The notes beneath the pieces were generated by a model. The model was not told where the DNA came from, did not search any database, and worked only from the letters and a program-made list of their open reading frames with translations. 64,000 bases of DNA, taken from the sequence record DRR378314_1044; one strand, 5' to 3'. The translations under genes were made by a program, and so were the position numbers. Each line of letters starts with the position of its first letter. The first letter of the stretch is position 1. Shown one piece after another: positions 20,945-31,479 of the stretch.

Positions 20945-22246
20945 ATGAAACTCTCCAATTTGCTGGCCGGCACAGCTTGCGCGATTATGGTCCAGACAGC
21001 CTCGGCTGAGCAGATTTACCTGACCGCAGACTATTTCGTGGATCCTGTCGCTGCCGAAACAATCAAGAAACCTGCTTTTTTGATTGAGGACGGCAAGGTC
21101 GTCGAGCGAGGAACCGCGAACGAATTACGCAAACCCCGTGGCGCTGAGATAATCGATCTTGGTAATGCAACCCTGGCACCAGGGTTCATCGACATGCATA
21201 CGCATCTGACGTCGGATCCGGAGGACCCTGCCTACTACTCGCTGAGCTTTTCCGACGAACGTGATGCGATCACAGGCGTCAAGAATGCACGTAAAACCCT
21301 GTTGGCGGGCTTCACGACAGTCAGAAATGTTGGCGCCTCAAGCTACAGCGATGTTGCGTTACGTGATGCGATCAATGAAGGCGACGTGCCCGGGCCACGA
21401 ATGTTCGTGTCAGGGCCGCCCGTTGGCATTCTTGGCGGACATTGCTCAGACAACAATCTGTTGCCGTCAGAATACAGTCTGGTCGGGGAGAATGTCGCGA
21501 CCGGCCCTTGGGAGATGCGAGAAAAGGTTCGCCGAAATATCAAATACGGAGTGGATCTTATCAAGACGTGTTCCACCGGTGGCGTGTTTTCCAAAGGCAC
21601 AAGTCTGGGCGCTGCCCAGGGCACCCTTGAGGAACTCGCCGCCGTCGCCGATGAAGCTCATGCGCGTGGATTGAAGGTCGCTTCCCATGCGCACGGCACG
21701 ATTGGGATCAAAAACGCTATTCTGGCAGGTATCGATACTATCGAGCATGCCAGCATCCTCGACGAGGAAACGATTAAGCTCGCGAAGGACAACGGCACCT
21801 TCTTGTCCATGGATATCTACAATACAGAGTACACGCTGTCTGAGGGGGAAAAGAATGGCGTGCTTGAAGAATCCTTGGCCAAGGAACGCGCGATCTCGAA
21901 AATCCAGCGTGATAGCTTCACGGCGGCGGTGAAATCCGGGGTCAAGGTCGTATTCGGCTCTGACTCAGGCATTTATCCACATGGCGACAATGGGCGACAA
22001 TTCTCACGCATGGTGATGCTTGGCATGACGCCCATGCAAGCCTTGCAGGCAGGCACAAGCCTGGCAGCGGAAGCGCTCGGACAGGAGGGAAAACTGGGCT
22101 GTGGTGATGTCGGGTGTTTTGCGAACTTTGTCGCCGTGAAAGCGGACCCGATGGAAGACATCTCCGTATTCGAGTCAGTCGACTTCGTCATGAAAGACGG
22201 AAAAGTCTACAAGCGCGACGGCAAACCAATTGCCGATGCATACTGA
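20945..22246 (+). CDS. Secreted metal-dependent amidohydrolase (Xaa-Pro dipeptidase-like)
   Basis: Signal peptide, PGFIDMHTH, SHAHG, IEH, FGSD. Confidence 0.88.
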   Translation: MKLSNLLAGTACAIMVQTASAEQIYLTADYFVDPVAAETIKKPAFLIEDGKVVERGTANELRKPRGAEIIDLGNATLAPGFIDMHTHLTSDPEDPAYYSLSFSDERDAITGVKNARKTLLAGFTTVRNVGASSYSDVALRDAINEGDVPGPRMFVSGPPVGILGGHCSDNNLLPSEYSLVGENVATGPWEMREKVRRNIKYGVDLIKTCSTGGVFSKGTSLGAAQGTLEELAAVADEAHARGLKVASHAHGTIGIKNAILAGIDTIEHASILDEETIKLAKDNGTFLSMDIYNTEYTLSEGEKNGVLEESLAKERAISKIQRDSFTAAVKSGVKVVFGSDSGIYPHGDNGRQFSRMVMLGMTPMQALQAGTSLAAEALGQEGKLGCGDVGCFANFVAVKADPMEDISVFESVDFVMKDGKVYKRDGKPIADAY

Positions 22247-22349
22247 CGCAGGCCCTTTCGTAACGCGACCAAGCCTGATTAGAAGAAGACAATCGCGGTT
22301 CGCAACGCTCGGCGTAAACCTAATATTTTACTCAACGGTCTGCTGATCG

Positions 22350-23279
22350 ATGGAATTCAATCCCCTGCCCGCCGTCACCACCTTTGCGGCCCCTGTTTTT
22401 GTCGCTTCAGTCGCCTTGGAGTGGTGGGCGGTCAAATCAGGTCGCGCTCAGGGGCGATACGATACCAAAGATGCCGTGGCTTCGCTCGCTATGGGCCTCG
22501 GCAATGTCATCATCAATACGCTGACCGGTTCTGTCGCGATCTGGATGATGCTCGTGGCCTGGCCATTTCGTATCCTGACCTTGCCTTTCACGCTCTGGTC
22601 CGCCTTGGCAGGGTTCGTGCTCTACGACTTCATCTATTATTGGAAGCATCGCTTCGCGCACCGGGCGCGCTGGTGGTGGATGGAACATGTCACCCATCAT
22701 TCCTCGACCAACTACAATTTGACGACGGCCCTGAGGCAGCCTTGGTTTGGCCCGTTCACTGGATTGATATGGATCGGTTTGCCAATGGTCGTCATAGGCT
22801 TCCACCCTTACGTCATTTTCTTTGTGGGCGGTCTGAACCTGCTTTACCAGTTCTGGATTCATACTGAGGCCATCGACAAAATGCCTCGGTGGTTCGAGGC
22901 GGTGTTCAACACACCGAGCCATCATAGAGTGCATCACGCCACCAATCCCCGCTATCTCGACACCAACTTTGCCGGCGTCTTCATTATCTGGGACAAGGCG
23001 TTTGGTACTTTCGTACCCGAGCTGGAAGATGAGAAGCCAATTTACGGAATCGTGAAGCCGCTCAACGATCACAACCCAATTGTCATCGCGTTCCATGAGT
23101 TTTTCGGTCTTTTACAAGATTGCGCGTCTGATGGATGGCGGCCGCACCATTGGATCGGCCGACTGATCAATGCGCCTGGCTGGTCACCTGATGGCAACCA
23201 CAATCGCTCAACCGAGCTTAAATTCGCATATCTGGAAGACAATCCAGACAAACGAGACTCGCCTGGCTTCCCGAAATAG
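22350..23279 (+). CDS. Sterol desaturase/fatty acid hydroxylase family membrane protein
   Basis: His boxes HRFAH, HVTHH, WIH, HHRVHH. Confidence 0.9.
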   Translation: MEFNPLPAVTTFAAPVFVASVALEWWAVKSGRAQGRYDTKDAVASLAMGLGNVIINTLTGSVAIWMMLVAWPFRILTLPFTLWSALAGFVLYDFIYYWKHRFAHRARWWWMEHVTHHSSTNYNLTTALRQPWFGPFTGLIWIGLPMVVIGFHPYVIFFVGGLNLLYQFWIHTEAIDKMPRWFEAVFNTPSHHRVHHATNPRYLDTNFAGVFIIWDKAFGTFVPELEDEKPIYGIVKPLNDHNPIVIAFHEFFGLLQDCASDGWRPHHWIGRLINAPGWSPDGNHNRSTELKFAYLEDNPDKRDSPGFPK

Positions 23280-23387
23280 CCCTAGCTGACGCGACGTTGC
23301 CGGTAGACGAACGTCCACGTCTGACTAGAAACTTCTCCTGAAAGTCGAACGCGCTCGACAGTAGCCGCGCCGATTCTGGAGGAAACC

Positions 23388-24935
23388 ATGCATCCCTGTC
23401 ACCACGCCAAAACCCATCCGGACAAGCCCGCCTATATCATGGCTCCATCTGGGAAAACCGTCACGTTCAAGGAACTGGACGAGCGGTCAAATCAGATCGC
23501 TCACGCGTTTCGCAATGCTGGCCTGAAGCCCGGCGACACGATCGCCTTGTTCGCGGAGAACTCAGCTCGCTACTTCGAAATCTGTTGGGCGGCGCAGCGC
23601 TCAGGCCTTTACTTCGTCTGCGTATCGTCCCGGCTCACCGCACCCGAGGTTCAGTATATTATTGAAGATTCCGGCAGCACTCTCTTGATCGCCAGCGCGG
23701 GCAAAGGCGATATTGCAAAACAGGTGAAGGAACTGACATCGTTAGGCCACTATTGGTGCATCGACGGAGATATCGACGGCTTTGATGGCCTGGAAGCACA
23801 TCAGACGTCTTTTCCTACGACACCTATAGCCGACGAAATGGCCGGCACAGATATGCTGTATTCTTCAGGCACCACTGGTCGCCCAAAAGGCATTCGGCCG
23901 CCACTGGAACCAGACACCCCCATAGATGCAGACAATGTTCTCCTTCAGATTACCCGCGCACTTGCCGGGGCCGGGCCGGACAATGTCTATCTGTCGCCGG
24001 CACCGCTGTACCATGCTGCGCCGCTACGTTGGTGCATGACATTCACTCGCCTCGGCGCAACGCTGGTGGTGATGGAGAAATTTGACCCAGAAGCCTTCCT
24101 CGACTGCGTTCAGACGTACAAGGCCACGCACACGCAAATGGTGCCAACCATGTTCGTGAAACTGCTCAAACTGCCGGAAGATGTTCGCAATTCATATGAT
24201 GTAAGCAGCCTGAAATTCGTCATCCACGCTGCCGCGCCTTGTCCGATCCCGGTCAAAGAGCAAATGATTGAGTGGTGGGGCCCTATCATCGACGAATACT
24301 ATGCCGGTTCTGAAGGTAACGGCATGACATGGGCCAAGAGCGCGGAATGGCTGGAGCACAAAGGCACTGTTGGCCGCGCCATATTTGGCGAACTTCACAT
24401 CTGCGATGAAAACGGCGACGAAGTGCCCGTTGGCGAGGAAGGCCAAGTATATTTCGGCGGCACAGCCCCGCCAAACTATCACAACGACCCGGAGAAGAAC
24501 GCTTCCGCGCTCAATCCAAAGCATCCGGACTGGTCCTCTTTGGGAGACGTCGGAAAAGTCGACGAGGATGGCTTTTTGTATCTGACGGACCGAAAGGCGT
24601 TCATGATCATCTCAGGGGGGGTGAATATCTATCCGCAGGAAGCAGAGAACGTCCTCATCACACATCCCAAAGTCGCCGATGTCGCCGTCATCGGTGTGCC
24701 GGATGAAGAGTTTGGCGAAGCTGTTAAGGCCATTGTGCAGCCAATGTCGGGAATTGCACCATCAGACGAGTTGGCCGCCGAACTACTGGAGTTCTGTCGC
24801 AGCGAGCTGTCCAAGATCAAATGTCCGAAATCTATCGATTTCGATCTTGAGCTGCCACGCCACCCAACCGGAAAGCTCTACAAACGGCTAATCCGCGATC
24901 GTTACTGGGGCAAGAAAGAAAGCCGGATCGTTTAA
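23388..24935 (+). CDS. Acyl-CoA synthetase
   Basis: YSSGTTGRPKG, YAGSE, GDVG, ISGGVNIYP, PTGK. Confidence 0.93.
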   Translation: MHPCHHAKTHPDKPAYIMAPSGKTVTFKELDERSNQIAHAFRNAGLKPGDTIALFAENSARYFEICWAAQRSGLYFVCVSSRLTAPEVQYIIEDSGSTLLIASAGKGDIAKQVKELTSLGHYWCIDGDIDGFDGLEAHQTSFPTTPIADEMAGTDMLYSSGTTGRPKGIRPPLEPDTPIDADNVLLQITRALAGAGPDNVYLSPAPLYHAAPLRWCMTFTRLGATLVVMEKFDPEAFLDCVQTYKATHTQMVPTMFVKLLKLPEDVRNSYDVSSLKFVIHAAAPCPIPVKEQMIEWWGPIIDEYYAGSEGNGMTWAKSAEWLEHKGTVGRAIFGELHICDENGDEVPVGEEGQVYFGGTAPPNYHNDPEKNASALNPKHPDWSSLGDVGKVDEDGFLYLTDRKAFMIISGGVNIYPQEAENVLITHPKVADVAVIGVPDEEFGEAVKAIVQPMSGIAPSDELAAELLEFCRSELSKIKCPKSIDFDLELPRHPTGKLYKRLIRDRYWGKKESRIV

Positions 24936-25029
24936 GGTTCGTGTGTGTGATGGGCGCCTTGCCCTTCCGTAAATCTTGCGGAATGGGCGATCCCGGTCCA
25001 CAACATCTTCAAACCAATAGGAGGATTAT

Positions 25030-25485
25030 ATGGCGGACCCACGCACCATTGCTTACGATGATCTCGAATCGCTTGCCGGCCAGGAAGTTGGCGTGTCCGA
25101 TTGGCATGTGATTGATCAGGATCGCGTCAACATGTTTGCTGAGGCGACCGGAGACCATCAGTGGATCCACGTCGACGTGGAGCGCGCCACCAAAGAGCTC
25201 GGTAGCCCGATCGCGCACGGCTTCCTGACATTGTCACTGCTGCCCATGCTGGGCTCTGAGGTGCTCCGCGTTTCCGGCACAACACGTGGCATCAATTATG
25301 GCTCTGACAAAGTTCGTTTCACGAACATGGTCCCCGTTGGCTCCAAGGTTCGTCTGCGTCAGAAATGCCTGTCTGTTGAACCGAAGGCGGGTGGCAAGCA
25401 AATGAAGATGGAAGCGACCGTGGAGATCGAAGGACAGGACCGTCCGGCACTCGTCGCTGAGTCTATCACAGTGCTGTACGGCTAG
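25030..25485 (+). CDS. MaoC family dehydratase
   Basis: FAEATGDHQWIH, IAHG; hotdog fold. Confidence 0.92.
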   Translation: MADPRTIAYDDLESLAGQEVGVSDWHVIDQDRVNMFAEATGDHQWIHVDVERATKELGSPIAHGFLTLSLLPMLGSEVLRVSGTTRGINYGSDKVRFTNMVPVGSKVRLRQKCLSVEPKAGGKQMKMEATVEIEGQDRPALVAESITVLYG

Positions 25486-25511
25486 ACCCGGCCCCAGAGA
25501 TAAATACCAGG

Positions 25512-25540
25512 AAAAGACCGCCAGTTTGGCGGTCTTTTTT
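25512..25540 (+). terminator. Rho-independent terminator
   Basis: AAAAGACCGCCA-GTT-TGGCGGTCTTTTTT. Confidence 0.88.
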
Positions 25541-25630
25541 TGTTTGCCATTTGTCGCCATTGCAGAGTTGGCAATGGCGTGATCAGGCCGAAAGCCTATA
25601 TCATGGTCAGACGCGAATACGGAGCCTGTC

Positions 25631-26035
25631 ATGACCAAGACCAGAATTGAGCGGTCCGACCGCGAATGGCGCGAAATGCTTACAGAAGAACAATACCGGG
25701 TTGGTATTCGTGAAGGCACAGAACGCGCTTTTACGCCCGGCAATCATAATGATGAGAAGCGAGACGGCCTCTTTCATTGCAAGGGATGCGATACACCGCT
25801 TTGGTCGTCTGAACACAAATTCGACTCCGGCACGGGTTGGCCGAGTTTCTGGCAACCTGCCAGCGAGGGCGTCGTCGCAACCAAGACAGATTTCAAGATG
25901 ATCTTGCCCCGCACCGAATGCCACTGCGCGATCTGTGGAATGCACCAGGGTCATGTCTTCAAGGATGGCCCGCCTCCAACAGGTGAGCGCTGGTGCATCA
26001 ACGGCGTGGTGCTGGAATTCAGACCAGCCGAATAG
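25631..26035 (+). CDS. msrB: Peptide methionine (R)-sulfoxide reductase
   Basis: GTERAF, CxxC pairs, KFDSGTGWPSF, GHVF.DGP, RWCIN. Confidence 0.95.
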   Translation: MTKTRIERSDREWREMLTEEQYRVGIREGTERAFTPGNHNDEKRDGLFHCKGCDTPLWSSEHKFDSGTGWPSFWQPASEGVVATKTDFKMILPRTECHCAICGMHQGHVFKDGPPPTGERWCINGVVLEFRPAE

Positions 26036-26099
26036 CGCTGGACAATATCTGGCGCACCTGATCCTATTCGGGGCAAATCATACCCCCGGAGATTCAATT

Positions 26100-28340
26100 A
26101 TGCGCCTTTCCCTTCTAATGATTAGCGCTGCCGCAGTAGCGCTCAGCACCGGATGCACAATGACCGAAACTTCCTCCCAGAAAGCGCAAACCGCAGCACC
26201 AATACCTGAAAACTCGCCGGCGACCTCACAGCCTGCACCTCCAGTCGCGGCCCGTGTCGACCATGAAATCACACAAGTCGGTCGAACGCGAAATGATCCC
26301 TACAACTGGATGAAGGATGAGAATTGGCAAGAGGTGATGCGCGACCCTTCCGTGCTTCGCCAGGATATTCGAGACTATCTCGAAGCAGAAAACGCTTTCA
26401 CCAAAGCGGCACTTGAAGACCCCACAACCGCGTTGCGCGAAGAGTTATTCAAGGAAATGAGAGGGCGCATCAAGGAGGATGACAGCTCTGTCCCCGAAAT
26501 CGATGGTCCTTACGCCTACTATACCCGTTTCCGCGAAGGCGGCGAATATGCAATTATCGCGCGCAAGCCCGCAGACAAGGCATTTGACGACAGCGCAGAA
26601 GAAACGATCCTGCTCGATGGAGATGCACTGGCCGAGGGCAAGGAATACTTTGCATTTGGCGGTATAGACACCTCACCTGACCACACTCTGATTGCCTACG
26701 CGACAGATACTCAAGGAAGCGAATTCTACTCGATCCGCCTCAAGAACATCGAGTCAGGAGACGACCTTGGCGTCCATATAGACAACGCCTACGGTCCATT
26801 CGAGTGGTCGTCTGATGGAAAGCGCATTTTCTGGATCCATCGTGATGAGAATGCCCGGCCCGACTCCGTATGGCAGCGTGATCTCGAAACCGGCGAAGAC
26901 ACCCTGGTTTACCGCGAAGAAGATCCCGGAGTATTCCTGAGCATCAACAAGAGCGCGAGTGAGGAAGTTATCTTCATCAGCGCTTCAAGCCATACGACGT
27001 CTGAAATCTACTGGTTCCCAGTAGACGAAGCCGATCCAACCCCTCGTCTCATCGCCGCGCGCGAAACCGACAATGAGTACAATGTCGCCCACTGGGACGA
27101 CCAATTCTACATTCTCACCAATCTGGATGGCGCTGTTGATTTCAAACTGATGCGTGCACCCATGGAATCGACGAGCAGGGATGATTGGGAGGAAGTTATT
27201 CCCCATCGGCCCGGAACGCTGCTTCTGGGCATGCAGCCACAGAAAGACTATCTAACCATAATTGAGCGCGAAAACGGTCTGCCTCGCATCGTCATTCATG
27301 CACGCAAGGACGGCTCCAGTCATGAGATCAGTTTTGAAGAGGCAGCGTACTCACTCGGTCTGGATAGCGGCTATGATTTCGAAACGCCTGTTCTGAGATT
27401 CGAGTATTCGTCTCCAACTACTCCGGAACAGGTTTTCGATTATAATCTAGACACGCATGAACGAATTCTGCGGAAGACGCGGGAAGTGCCATCCGGCCAC
27501 TCCCCGGATGAGTATATTGCAGAGCGCCTGATGGCACCGTCATGGGATGGCGTGGAAGTACCAATCACTCTGTTGCGACACAAGACAACTCCGGTGGATG
27601 GTTCTGCACCGATGCTTCTCTACGGATACGGCTCCTACGGAATCACCTACCCGGCAGACTTCCGCACAAGCCGCCTCAGCCTGGTCGATCGCGGAGTTGT
27701 CTACGCCATCGTTCACCCGCGAGGCAGCAAGGCGAAGGGTTACCAGTGGTATCTGGATGGAAAGCTTGAAAAGAAGCCGAACACATTCAAGGATTTCATT
27801 GCAGCCGGACACTATCTCGTTGAGCAGAATTACACGAGCAAGGGCAACATCGTCGCTTATGGCGGATCGGCAGGCGGCTTGTTGATGGGCGCCGTAGCAA
27901 ACATGGATCCGGAACTGTTCGGCGGAATCATTGCGGCAGTGCCATTCGTGGACGTGGTAAACACCATGTCTGATGAGAGCCTGCCGCTAACCCCTCCGGA
28001 ATGGCCGGAATGGGGCAATCCGCTTACATCTGCGGAAGACTACGATACAATCATGGCCTACAGCCCTTATGACAATGTCGCTGATCTGGCCTATCCGCCC
28101 ATGTTGATCACGGGTGGGCTGTCCGATCCTCGCGTTACCTATTGGGAGCCGACGAAATGGGCGGCGCGACTGCGTCACGATGCTCCGAATGGCGGCCCTT
28201 ACTTTCTGCGTATCGAAATGGAAGGCGGTCATGGCGGCGCTTCCGGGCGTTTTGAAGGCCTGAAAGATGTCGCACTGGACTACGCGTTTGCGCTCGCCGC
28301 GATGGGCAAGGTTGAGAGCGTAAAACTGCAGGAGGAATAA
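26100..28340 (+). CDS. ptrB: S9 family oligopeptidase B with lipoprotein signal
   Basis: DPYNW, YGYGSYG, GGSAGG, DPRV, GH; N-terminus MRLSLL..LSTGC. Confidence 0.9.
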   Translation: MRLSLLMISAAAVALSTGCTMTETSSQKAQTAAPIPENSPATSQPAPPVAARVDHEITQVGRTRNDPYNWMKDENWQEVMRDPSVLRQDIRDYLEAENAFTKAALEDPTTALREELFKEMRGRIKEDDSSVPEIDGPYAYYTRFREGGEYAIIARKPADKAFDDSAEETILLDGDALAEGKEYFAFGGIDTSPDHTLIAYATDTQGSEFYSIRLKNIESGDDLGVHIDNAYGPFEWSSDGKRIFWIHRDENARPDSVWQRDLETGEDTLVYREEDPGVFLSINKSASEEVIFISASSHTTSEIYWFPVDEADPTPRLIAARETDNEYNVAHWDDQFYILTNLDGAVDFKLMRAPMESTSRDDWEEVIPHRPGTLLLGMQPQKDYLTIIERENGLPRIVIHARKDGSSHEISFEEAAYSLGLDSGYDFETPVLRFEYSSPTTPEQVFDYNLDTHERILRKTREVPSGHSPDEYIAERLMAPSWDGVEVPITLLRHKTTPVDGSAPMLLYGYGSYGITYPADFRTSRLSLVDRGVVYAIVHPRGSKAKGYQWYLDGKLEKKPNTFKDFIAAGHYLVEQNYTSKGNIVAYGGSAGGLLMGAVANMDPELFGGIIAAVPFVDVVNTMSDESLPLTPPEWPEWGNPLTSAEDYDTIMAYSPYDNVADLAYPPMLITGGLSDPRVTYWEPTKWAARLRHDAPNGGPYFLRIEMEGGHGGASGRFEGLKDVALDYAFALAAMGKVESVKLQEE

Positions 28341-28353
28341 TCGCGATCCCGAA

Positions 28354-28382
28354 CCGTCCGGTCCTTCTTCAGGATCGGACGG
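28354..28382. terminator. Stem-loop between convergent ptrB and tRNA-Pro
   Basis: CCGTCCGGTCCT-TCTTC-AGGATCGGACGG. Confidence 0.55.
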
Positions 28383-28385
28383 AAA

Positions 28386-28462
28386 TGGTCGGAGCGATAG
28401 GATTCGAACCTACGACCCCTCGCCCCCCAGGCGAGTGCGCTACCGGGCTGCGCCACGCTCCG
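28386..28462 (-). tRNA. tRNA-Pro (GGG)
   Basis: 77 nt CGGAGCGTGGCGCAGCCCGGTAGCGCA..CTCGC-CTGGGGG-GCGAG..GGTTCGAATCC..CCA; ihfA-merR-tRNA-Pro synteny. Confidence 0.96.
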
Positions 28463-28515
28463 ACTTCGGCGGCTTGTACCCAAGCCGCCTCTCTTCCGCA
28501 ATGTCTTATGTGGGA

Positions 28516-28968
28516 TCAGGCTGCGCGTTCTTGGCGAACGGCATCCAGACGAGCCTTCAGATCCGTAAGACCCACAAGCGTGTCTTGAAGCTTGTCATCT
28601 CGAACGTCTGCTGGGTCAGACCTGAATGCCTCTTCAACCGTTTTCTGAAGCTCTCTAGCCGGGCTTGTACCGAGTGTTGCTGCGCCAGATAGCACAGCTG
28701 CAACGCCTTGTTCTGCCAACAGCGATTTGGCTCCCTTCAAGGTCAGTCCCTTTTCGTGGACCAGGATCTGAATTGCTCTGAGCGCATCCAGATCCTGCGG
28801 ACGGAACATACGTCGCCCGTCGGCACGTTTGATAGGGCGTACGTCTTTTGTGAATTTGGTTTCCCAATATCGGATGACATGCGTCTCCAGACCGAGTTCC
28901 CCTGCCGCTTCACCGATAGACCGGAACGCTTGAGCGGATTTATGGATACGGGCTCGGCTTGCCGACAT
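28516..28968 (-). CDS. MerR family transcriptional regulator
   Basis: AFRSIGEAAGELGLETHVIRYWETKF; downstream of ihfA. Confidence 0.9.
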   Translation of the reverse strand: MSASRARIHKSAQAFRSIGEAAGELGLETHVIRYWETKFTKDVRPIKRADGRRMFRPQDLDALRAIQILVHEKGLTLKGAKSLLAEQGVAAVLSGAATLGTSPARELQKTVEEAFRSDPADVRDDKLQDTLVGLTDLKARLDAVRQERAA

Positions 28969-28984
28969 GAGAGGTCCTTTCTGA

Positions 28985-29278
28985 CTATTTATGATCCACC
29001 AATGATTTGAGCATTGGTGAAGGGCGGAACGTGACGACGCGGCGCGCGGCAATCACGGCTTCCTCCCCGGTTTTTGGGTTTCGGCCCTCCCGTGGTGCCT
29101 TCGAGCGCACCACGAAATTGCCAAAACGGGAGAGCTTCACCTCATCCTCTGTCTCCAGAGCAGAACCGATCAGTTCCAGGGTCCGGTCCAGCAGATCGGA
29201 CGATTCCTGACGCGTAACGCCAACTTCTCGTACGATCGCGTCCGTGACTTCGGCCCGGGTGACGGTCTGATTGCTCAT
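28985..29278 (-). CDS. ihfA: Integration host factor alpha
   Basis: VTRAE, VKLSRFGNF, REGRNPKTGEE, RRVVTFRPS. Confidence 0.95.
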   Translation of the reverse strand: MSNQTVTRAEVTDAIVREVGVTRQESSDLLDRTLELIGSALETEDEVKLSRFGNFVVRSKAPREGRNPKTGEEAVIAARRVVTFRPSPMLKSLVDHK

Positions 29279-29382
29279 GGGGATTCTCCCGCTTTGGTTA
29301 ATGATTGAACGAATTTCGTTAACGGATCCCTAGCGGATCCGTTGCGTCAGTTCTTTGATAATGCTGATTTTTGATGATCAGG

Positions 29383-30354
29383 CTAGAGCCGGAATAGACT
29401 TGCGCCCCAGGAAAATCCCCCGCCCATCGCTTCTGACAGAATCAAGTCGCCGGGTTTGGCGCGACCGCTGCGGACTGCGTAATCAAGTGCCAGTGGAATA
29501 GATGCGGCAGACGTATTCGCATGTTGGTCGACCGTGATGACAACTTTTTCGTCATCGATGTTCATGCGCTTGGCAACGGCATCCAGAATACGCTTGTTCG
29601 CCTGATGAGGCACGAACCAATCAATTTGTTCGGAGGACAGCCCGGTTTCATCCAGCACCGCCTGAATTGCCGATGAAATATTGGCAACTGCGTGCCGGAA
29701 CACCTTGTTACCTTCCATACGCACATGCCCAATCGTCCCTGTAGAGCTCACTCCACCATCGACGTAGAGCAGATCTGACTTGGTTCCGTCAGTTCGGATG
29801 TGGTGGGTGATCACACCGGCATCTTCCGCGCCATCCCACTCTTCAGCTTGCAGCACCACAGCGCCGCCGCCATCACCGAACAGGACGCACGTGCCGCGGT
29901 CCGACCAATCGAGAATGCGCGTGAAGGTTTCCGCACCAATCACGAGAGCGGTGTTGAATAGCCCCTGCTTCAACATCGAGTCAGCAGTCGCCAAGGCAAA
30001 GAGAAAGCCGGAGCAAACAGCCTGCACATCGAAGGCTGCACCTTGTTCAATTCCAAGTTTCGCCTGAACCGCAGTGGCGGTTGCCGGAAAGGTTCGGTCT
30101 GGTGTCGTAGTCGCCAGCACGATCAGATCGACATCAGAGGCCTTCATTCCGGCCGCTTCAAGTGCCTGCTTCGCTGCGCCAACCGCAATATCTGATGTGA
30201 CTTCGTCATCAGCGGCCACGTGACGACGGGTTATGCCAGTTCTCTCGATGATCCACTCATTGGTCGTATCGACCATTTGGGACATGTCATCGTTTGTCAG
30301 AACCTTGGCTGGCAGATAGCTGCCAGTTCCACGGATAAAGCTGCGCCGTGCCAT
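29383..30354 (-). CDS. fabH: 3-oxoacyl-ACP synthase III
   Basis: AVCSGF, VPHQAN, ANTSAAS. Confidence 0.96.
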   Translation of the reverse strand: MARRSFIRGTGSYLPAKVLTNDDMSQMVDTTNEWIIERTGITRRHVAADDEVTSDIAVGAAKQALEAAGMKASDVDLIVLATTTPDRTFPATATAVQAKLGIEQGAAFDVQAVCSGFLFALATADSMLKQGLFNTALVIGAETFTRILDWSDRGTCVLFGDGGGAVVLQAEEWDGAEDAGVITHHIRTDGTKSDLLYVDGGVSSTGTIGHVRMEGNKVFRHAVANISSAIQAVLDETGLSSEQIDWFVPHQANKRILDAVAKRMNIDDEKVVITVDQHANTSAASIPLALDYAVRSGRAKPGDLILSEAMGGGFSWGASLFRL

Positions 30355-30376
30355 GATCTACCTTTACATAAGACGC

Positions 30377-31402
30377 CTATTCGGCGGCTATACCCTTCTG
30401 CCGGATCTTGTTCAGATTGTGGGCGACCTCTTCCCGGAAGTGGCTATTCGCGAGGTCAGCTGCAAGTTCACAAGCACGCGCAAACCCTTTTGCGTCTGTA
30501 CCACCGTGGCTTTTCACGGAAACACCGCCAAGACCCAGCAACACACCACCATTTACATTGCTGGGGTTCATCTGTTCGCGCAGCTGCTTCAAGCCGCCAA
30601 TGGCCAGCACCGCGCCAACCTTGGAAAGAATGTTTGATGTCAGCGCTTCGCGCACGCGAGTACCGAGCATCCGCGCAACGCCTTCGCCAGCCTTCAATGC
30701 GACATTGCCAGTAAAACCGTCAGTTACAATGACGTCCACTGTTCCAGTCGAAATGTCGTCGCCCTCGATGAAGCCATGATAATCAAGGTCCAGATCCGAG
30801 TTCCTCAGAAGCTCGTGCGCTTCTCGGATCTCGTCGTGACCTTTCATTTCTTCAGAGCCAATATTCAGAATTCCGATCGTCGGTTTCTCAATTCCCAGAA
30901 TAGCGCGCGCATAGGCCTCGCCCATGATCGCGAACGTTACCAATTGTGCCGCATCCGCCTCAAGATTTGCACCTACGTCCAAAACGACGCTGCGACCACG
31001 AAGCGTTGGCCAGGCTGCCGTCATGGCTGGTCTGTGAACGCCATCCATCTTGCGCAGGACAAGCATCGAAATGGCCATCAGCGCACCAGTATTACCCGCC
31101 GATACCGACGCATGGGCGCGGCCAGCTTTCACGTCCTCAATCGCATTCCACATCGAAGAGCCCTTGCCTCGACGTAGAGCCTGGCTGGGCTTCATATCGC
31201 TTGTAATGGCCAAGTCCGTATGAACGATCTCAATTCTTTCTGTTGCTTTCGAAAGCAACGAAGCGAGTTTGGTTTCATCGCCATGAAGACGCACGCGCGC
31301 ATTGGGGCGAGCGGCAACAAACAACTCAGCACCCGCGACGGTTACGTCCGGGGCGTCGTCGCCCCCCATCGCATCAATTGCCAGAATCAAGCCGTCAGCC
31401 AT
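30377..31402 (-). CDS. plsX: Phosphate acyltransferase PlsX
   Basis: [29 protein letters not shown]. Confidence 0.96.
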   Translation of the reverse strand: MADGLILAIDAMGGDDAPDVTVAGAELFVAARPNARVRLHGDETKLASLLSKATERIEIVHTDLAITSDMKPSQALRRGKGSSMWNAIEDVKAGRAHASVSAGNTGALMAISMLVLRKMDGVHRPAMTAAWPTLRGRSVVLDVGANLEADAAQLVTFAIMGEAYARAILGIEKPTIGILNIGSEEMKGHDEIREAHELLRNSDLDLDYHGFIEGDDISTGTVDVIVTDGFTGNVALKAGEGVARMLGTRVREALTSNILSKVGAVLAIGGLKQLREQMNPSNVNGGVLLGLGGVSVKSHGGTDAKGFARACELAADLANSHFREEVAHNLNKIRQKGIAAE

Positions 31403-31479
31403 AGGGCTATCACGCTCCGTGAGGTCACTTGGGTTACTTTGCGGTGTTTACGGCGCGCCTCGGGCATTGGCAACGCCGC

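Noticed and set aside
28341-28462. Prophage or island at tRNA-Pro
   Set aside because: tRNA 3' end abuts ptrB directly; site appears empty
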